The position numbers and the translations under genes are program-made. Positions 61,401 through 64,000 of a stretch of 64,000 nt of DNA are shown one piece after another; positions within the stretch are counted from its first letter, which is position 1; each line of letters opens with the position of its first letter. The notes beneath the pieces were generated by a model. That model was not told the DNA's origin, did not search any database, and saw only the letters and a program-made list of their open reading frames with translations. The DNA comes from Macrostomum lignano (lineage: Eukaryota), in the NCBI GenBank assembly GCA_002269645.1, contig NIVC01000015.1, positions 1-64,000 on the forward strand, written 5' to 3'.

Positions 61401-61553
61401 GTTAGGACAGACAGTCAAGTTGCATAAGCTGCCAATCTGTTGACACTGGCTAGCAGCTGGGGTGGACACAGCTTGAGTTGATAGAGGAAGCAGAAGCCAA
61501 GGTAAAAACAACCATGCAAACATTAGCGACAGTTTATTTGTAGTATGTATCAT
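41371..61553 (-). CDS. Adhesion-class GPCR (GAIN/GPS + 7TM), about 1097 aa; exons 61010-61553, 60483-60536, 60184-60369, 55610-55815, 46347-46710, 44181-45037, 42927-43583, 41371-41796
   Basis: [13 protein letters not shown]. Seven TMs with family motifs ([30 protein letters not shown]). All seven introns are GT-AG and phase-consistent (1,1,1,0,1,0,0). Exon lengths sum to 3294 nt. The four 3' exons are high confidence; linkage of the four 5' exons is inferred from phases, signal peptide and mucin stalk. Confidence 0.85.
41855..42875. repeat. 21-bp minisatellite (TCTGACACATTCCTATCCGAT), last intron of the adhesion GPCR
   Basis: Read directly. Confidence 0.97.
43690..44165. repeat. Degenerate 19-21-bp repeat (CCGTCTAATCTCACCCTAT), intronic
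   Basis: Read directly. Confidence 0.85.
45159..45460 (+). mobile_element. tRNA-derived SINE with a MIR/CORE-like central domain, intronic and antisense to the adhesion GPCR
   Basis: A-box-like GCAGCCTAGTGCTTAG (45165-45180), B-box GGTTCGATTCC (45210-45220), then TGTGTCCTTGAGCAAGGCACTTAAC...CAGTT...CTGTAAAAAGGG (45240-45300), then an AT-rich (TAT) tail near 45450. Confidence 0.78.
46075..46330. repeat. 23-bp minisatellite (CACACCTGATTACCAGATCAGCG), intronic
   Basis: Read directly. Confidence 0.95.
46790..47118. repeat. 23-bp minisatellite (AACTGAATGTACATAGGCTAGTC), intronic
   Basis: Read directly. Confidence 0.95.
48100..50520. repeat. 19-20-bp minisatellite (ATTTTAGCGCCGCAGACTAG), about 120 copies, with an internal duplication of about 958 bp
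   Basis: Read directly. Confidence 0.98.
51995..53172. repeat. (GATA)n microsatellite, about 1.2 kb
   Basis: Read directly. Confidence 0.99.
53765..54265. repeat. CT-rich polypyrimidine tandem repeat
   Basis: Read directly. Confidence 0.95.
55920..56520. repeat. 20-bp minisatellite (GGCACTCCAGTACCCATTTT)
   Basis: Read directly. Confidence 0.95.
57216..57470 (+). mobile_element. Possible degenerate hAT (Charlie/MER58-like) non-autonomous left end
   Basis: Starts CAGGGGTTCGGCAAAC and has CCGGCACTCGG downstream, similar to 63418. No matching right end seen. Confidence 0.35.
58082..58424. repeat. (TGTC)n microsatellite
   Basis: Read directly. Confidence 0.98.
59265..59980. repeat. 21-bp minisatellite (CTCACTGTCTACCCTGGCTAC)
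   Basis: Read directly. Confidence 0.97.
60618..60925. repeat. Degenerate purine-rich repeat (GAGTGAGGTTAGTGAGGA), adhesion GPCR intron 1
   Basis: Read directly. Confidence 0.85.
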
Positions 61554-63417
61554 TTTGTCTTCTTCAGCTTAATAGCAGGCATGAAAAATTAAATTCAAAG
61601 CACTAATATCAACTTATTCATGATGAAGATTAGTAGCATAAACAAAATAGAATTATTATTAGTGAAGGAATACATGAATTTACTAAAATTATGTTATATA
61701 AAATCAAACAAAGAAAATCTAATAAAATTAATATATGATACTTTAAATAGATAAGGGTTAAAGATTAGTCCAACTTGTACTACATAAAATAATAACATTA
61801 ACAATAACAACTTCTATTTTATAACTTTTAACTACAAAGACAAAAATGTCAAAAGATTCATAAAATATTATGAAATTAATAAATTTTCCTGTTATATAAA
61901 TATATAATTTTTATAGATACTAATATATCAATATATTTAGAATCATAATTTCTATTAGAAAACAAATAGAAATATTAGTTGCCTCTTTGCAAGGCTCAAA
62001 TTAAATTGGAATGGCCATAGCCCATATGTATGGCTTTATTTTTACACTAAAAACAGTTTAAAACCCTATCTTAAATGCCATAGTAGACATAATTTTAAGA
62101 TATCATAGTCATAAGTTCAAGAAATAATTTTGGTCATTCAAAGCAAAGGTAGTTAACTCGAGACAAGATCGGCTTTGAAGCCTGTATGCTGCTGTATTCG
62201 CATGCCTTTATCTTTAATTAGACCGTTAAGACACCGTGCATGAAAAGCGTGGAGAAGTGGTTCGCGGAAAACTATACTTTTGAATTATCGAAGCGTATAA
62301 AAGTGTTTATCACGTTACAACCTAAAAAGTTTTTGAAAAAACTATTTAAAGGTTAATAAAAGTAATATTGCAGCACACTAGCGCAATAACTAGTTTAAGG
62401 TTATGACACTTTGTTTAACTTACCTTCAATCTCATTCCGTTAAAGTTTTTTGATTTTCACAATTTTTGTCAGGCGGCTATTTCACATGTGACTCTTTTGA
62501 GTTTTAAAAGAACTATTTCATTCGATAGTGACTTTAAGGTTGAGTAGCACTATTTTTTACGAAAAATCCACGTCAGGTTTGGGGATTTAACTTAACCCAA
62601 CCGGATTTCGTTATTCTAGAAATAAAAGGCAAATCAAAATTCTAGTGACACACAGTGACAAAATATAAGCATCATCTGATGGTGTCTTTTAATGCATGTG
62701 TCAAAATGAAACAAAACAATTTTTCAAAACAATTTTAACTGACATGTAAACATTAAAGCGTTTAATTTCTTAGTTGCATTTTGACACTTATCAATTTGAT
62801 TTTAGTTTAATTCTTCCATTTTGTTTCATTTAATTTAGTTTAATTTAACTAAATTAGTTAAACCTCAGTTTAACTAATTGAGGTTTACTCAGTTTTACTG
62901 AGGTGAACTCAGTTTAACAAACCTTAGTTTAACCTCATCGTTTTAATTTTTTAAAAGGGTCACAGCTTGCAGCGGTGTCGGAACATATTTCAAAGTGGGG
63001 GGGGCTATTGGTGGGAGGGCACATTGCACATAATTTCTTTTAATCTAAGGGCACCCAAACTCCTGCAGTTATTTCAGTTTGTGAAATTGTGACAACCAGG
63101 CCGATATTCAATTCTGTGTTGGAAGTGGACAAGTCTGAAAATGTTCAAATTTTCAACTGATTCAAACATTGCGCAACTGCAATTGCGAAAATTGCATTAT
63201 CAATTTCTTTAGTAAATATCTCAAATGAATGAAAATTGCAAGGGCAAGACCAGTAGTTTTCTGGTTCTCTACTTCAGTTCCTCTTGGTGCTGACTCTATT
63301 CTTTTAGCTGACGGTATTTTAGTGATTTTTGGTTGCAGCGCTGCAGCAGCAGCTTGGGATTGCGGCGGACTCGGAATTTCGATCAGAGACGCCAAAGCGA
63401 AACGGTAAACACAAAAA

Positions 63418-63530
63418 CAGGGGTCAGCAAACTCCGGCCTGAGGGCCAAATGTGGCCTGCAAAGCCTCTGATCTCTGTCCGGCCCTCGGATCCTTTAAAT
63501 CTTCACAATAGCAATCCGGCCCACTCGATG
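63418..63530 (+). mobile_element. hAT (Charlie/MER58-like) non-autonomous element left end
   Basis: CAGGGGTCAGCAAACTCCGGCCTGAGGGCCAAATGTGGCCTGC resembles the recalled MER58-type start CAGGGGTCGGCAAAC...GGCCCGCGGGCCAAATCCGGCCCGC. The right end is not in the window. Confidence 0.5.
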
Positions 63531-63534
63531 TTTG

Positions 63535-64000
63535 TCTCTTCTCAGCTCTCTTTCCTCAGCTCTCTCTTCTCATATTATCTCCTCTCCTCTCTCCTCTCAT
63601 CTCATCTCCTCACCTATCTCCTCTCCTCTCTCTTTTTCTCTTCTCACCTCTCTCCTCTCCTCTCCTCTCATCTCCTCACCTATCTCCTCTCCTCTTCTCT
63701 CCTCTCCTCACATATCTCCTCTCTCCTCTCCTCTCCTGTCCTCTCTCCTCTCCTCTCCTGTCCTCTCTCCTCTCCTCTCCTCTCCTCTCTCCTCTCATCT
63801 CATCTCCTCACCTATCTCTTCTCCTCTCTCCTTTCCTCTTCTCACCTCTCTCCCCTCCTCTCCTCTCATCTCCTCACCTATCTCCTCTCCTCTCCTCTCC
63901 TCTCCTCTCCTCTCCTCACATATCTCCTCTCTCCTCTCCTCACCTATCTCCTCTCCTCTCTCCTTTCCTCTTCTTACCTCTCCTTTTCCTCCCCTCTCCT
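63535..64000. repeat. CT-rich low-complexity tract running to the window end
   Basis: Read directly. Confidence 0.95.

Noticed and set aside
1293-61553. Functional neural gene cluster (SVOP-like, peptide GPCR, scratch, adhesion GPCR)
   Set aside because: These families are large and neural assignment is only by family. Adjacency alone is not evidence of co-regulation without synteny or expression data.
1-64000. CRISPR array interpretation of the regular 20-50-bp repeats
   Set aside because: Units are head-to-tail with no unique spacers, there are no cas genes, and the context is eukaryotic with introns.

Overview
This is eukaryotic (metazoan) genomic DNA with GC-rich exons, GT-AG introns and about 35 different tandem or simple repeat arrays. 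The combination is reminiscent of the flatworm Macrostomum, but that is inference only. Six gene models could be built by hand: (1) an SV2/SVOP-like MFS transporter (+, 1293-3426, 3 exons, three 1-nt frameshifts); (2) an intronless LRR single-pass membrane protein (-, 5685-7361); (3) a rhodopsin-class neuropeptide-receptor-like GPCR (+, 9909-16439, 3 exons, probable 1-nt frameshift after TM7); (4) an intronless SLC22/OCT-like transporter with two in-frame stops and a frameshift (+, 23061-24666); (5) a scratch zinc-finger gene with no N-terminal SNAG motif (+, 28625-32895, 3 exons); (6) an 8-exon adhesion GPCR (-, 41371-61553, about 1097 aa) with an unrecognised Cys-rich N-terminus and a GPS motif lacking both conserved Trp. 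There is also a weakly supported 2-exon gene tail (-, 24742-25635), a tRNA-derived SINE with a MIR/CORE-like domain (about 45159-45460) and two hAT-like ends. Most long entries in the ORF track are translations of minisatellites. No prokaryotic features, CRISPR arrays or rRNA are present. The best leads are the adhesion GPCR ectodomain and GPS, the CORE-SINE, the SNAG-less scratch, inverted minisatellite arrays, and arrays that copy splice-site motifs. I found no clearly novel multi-gene system.
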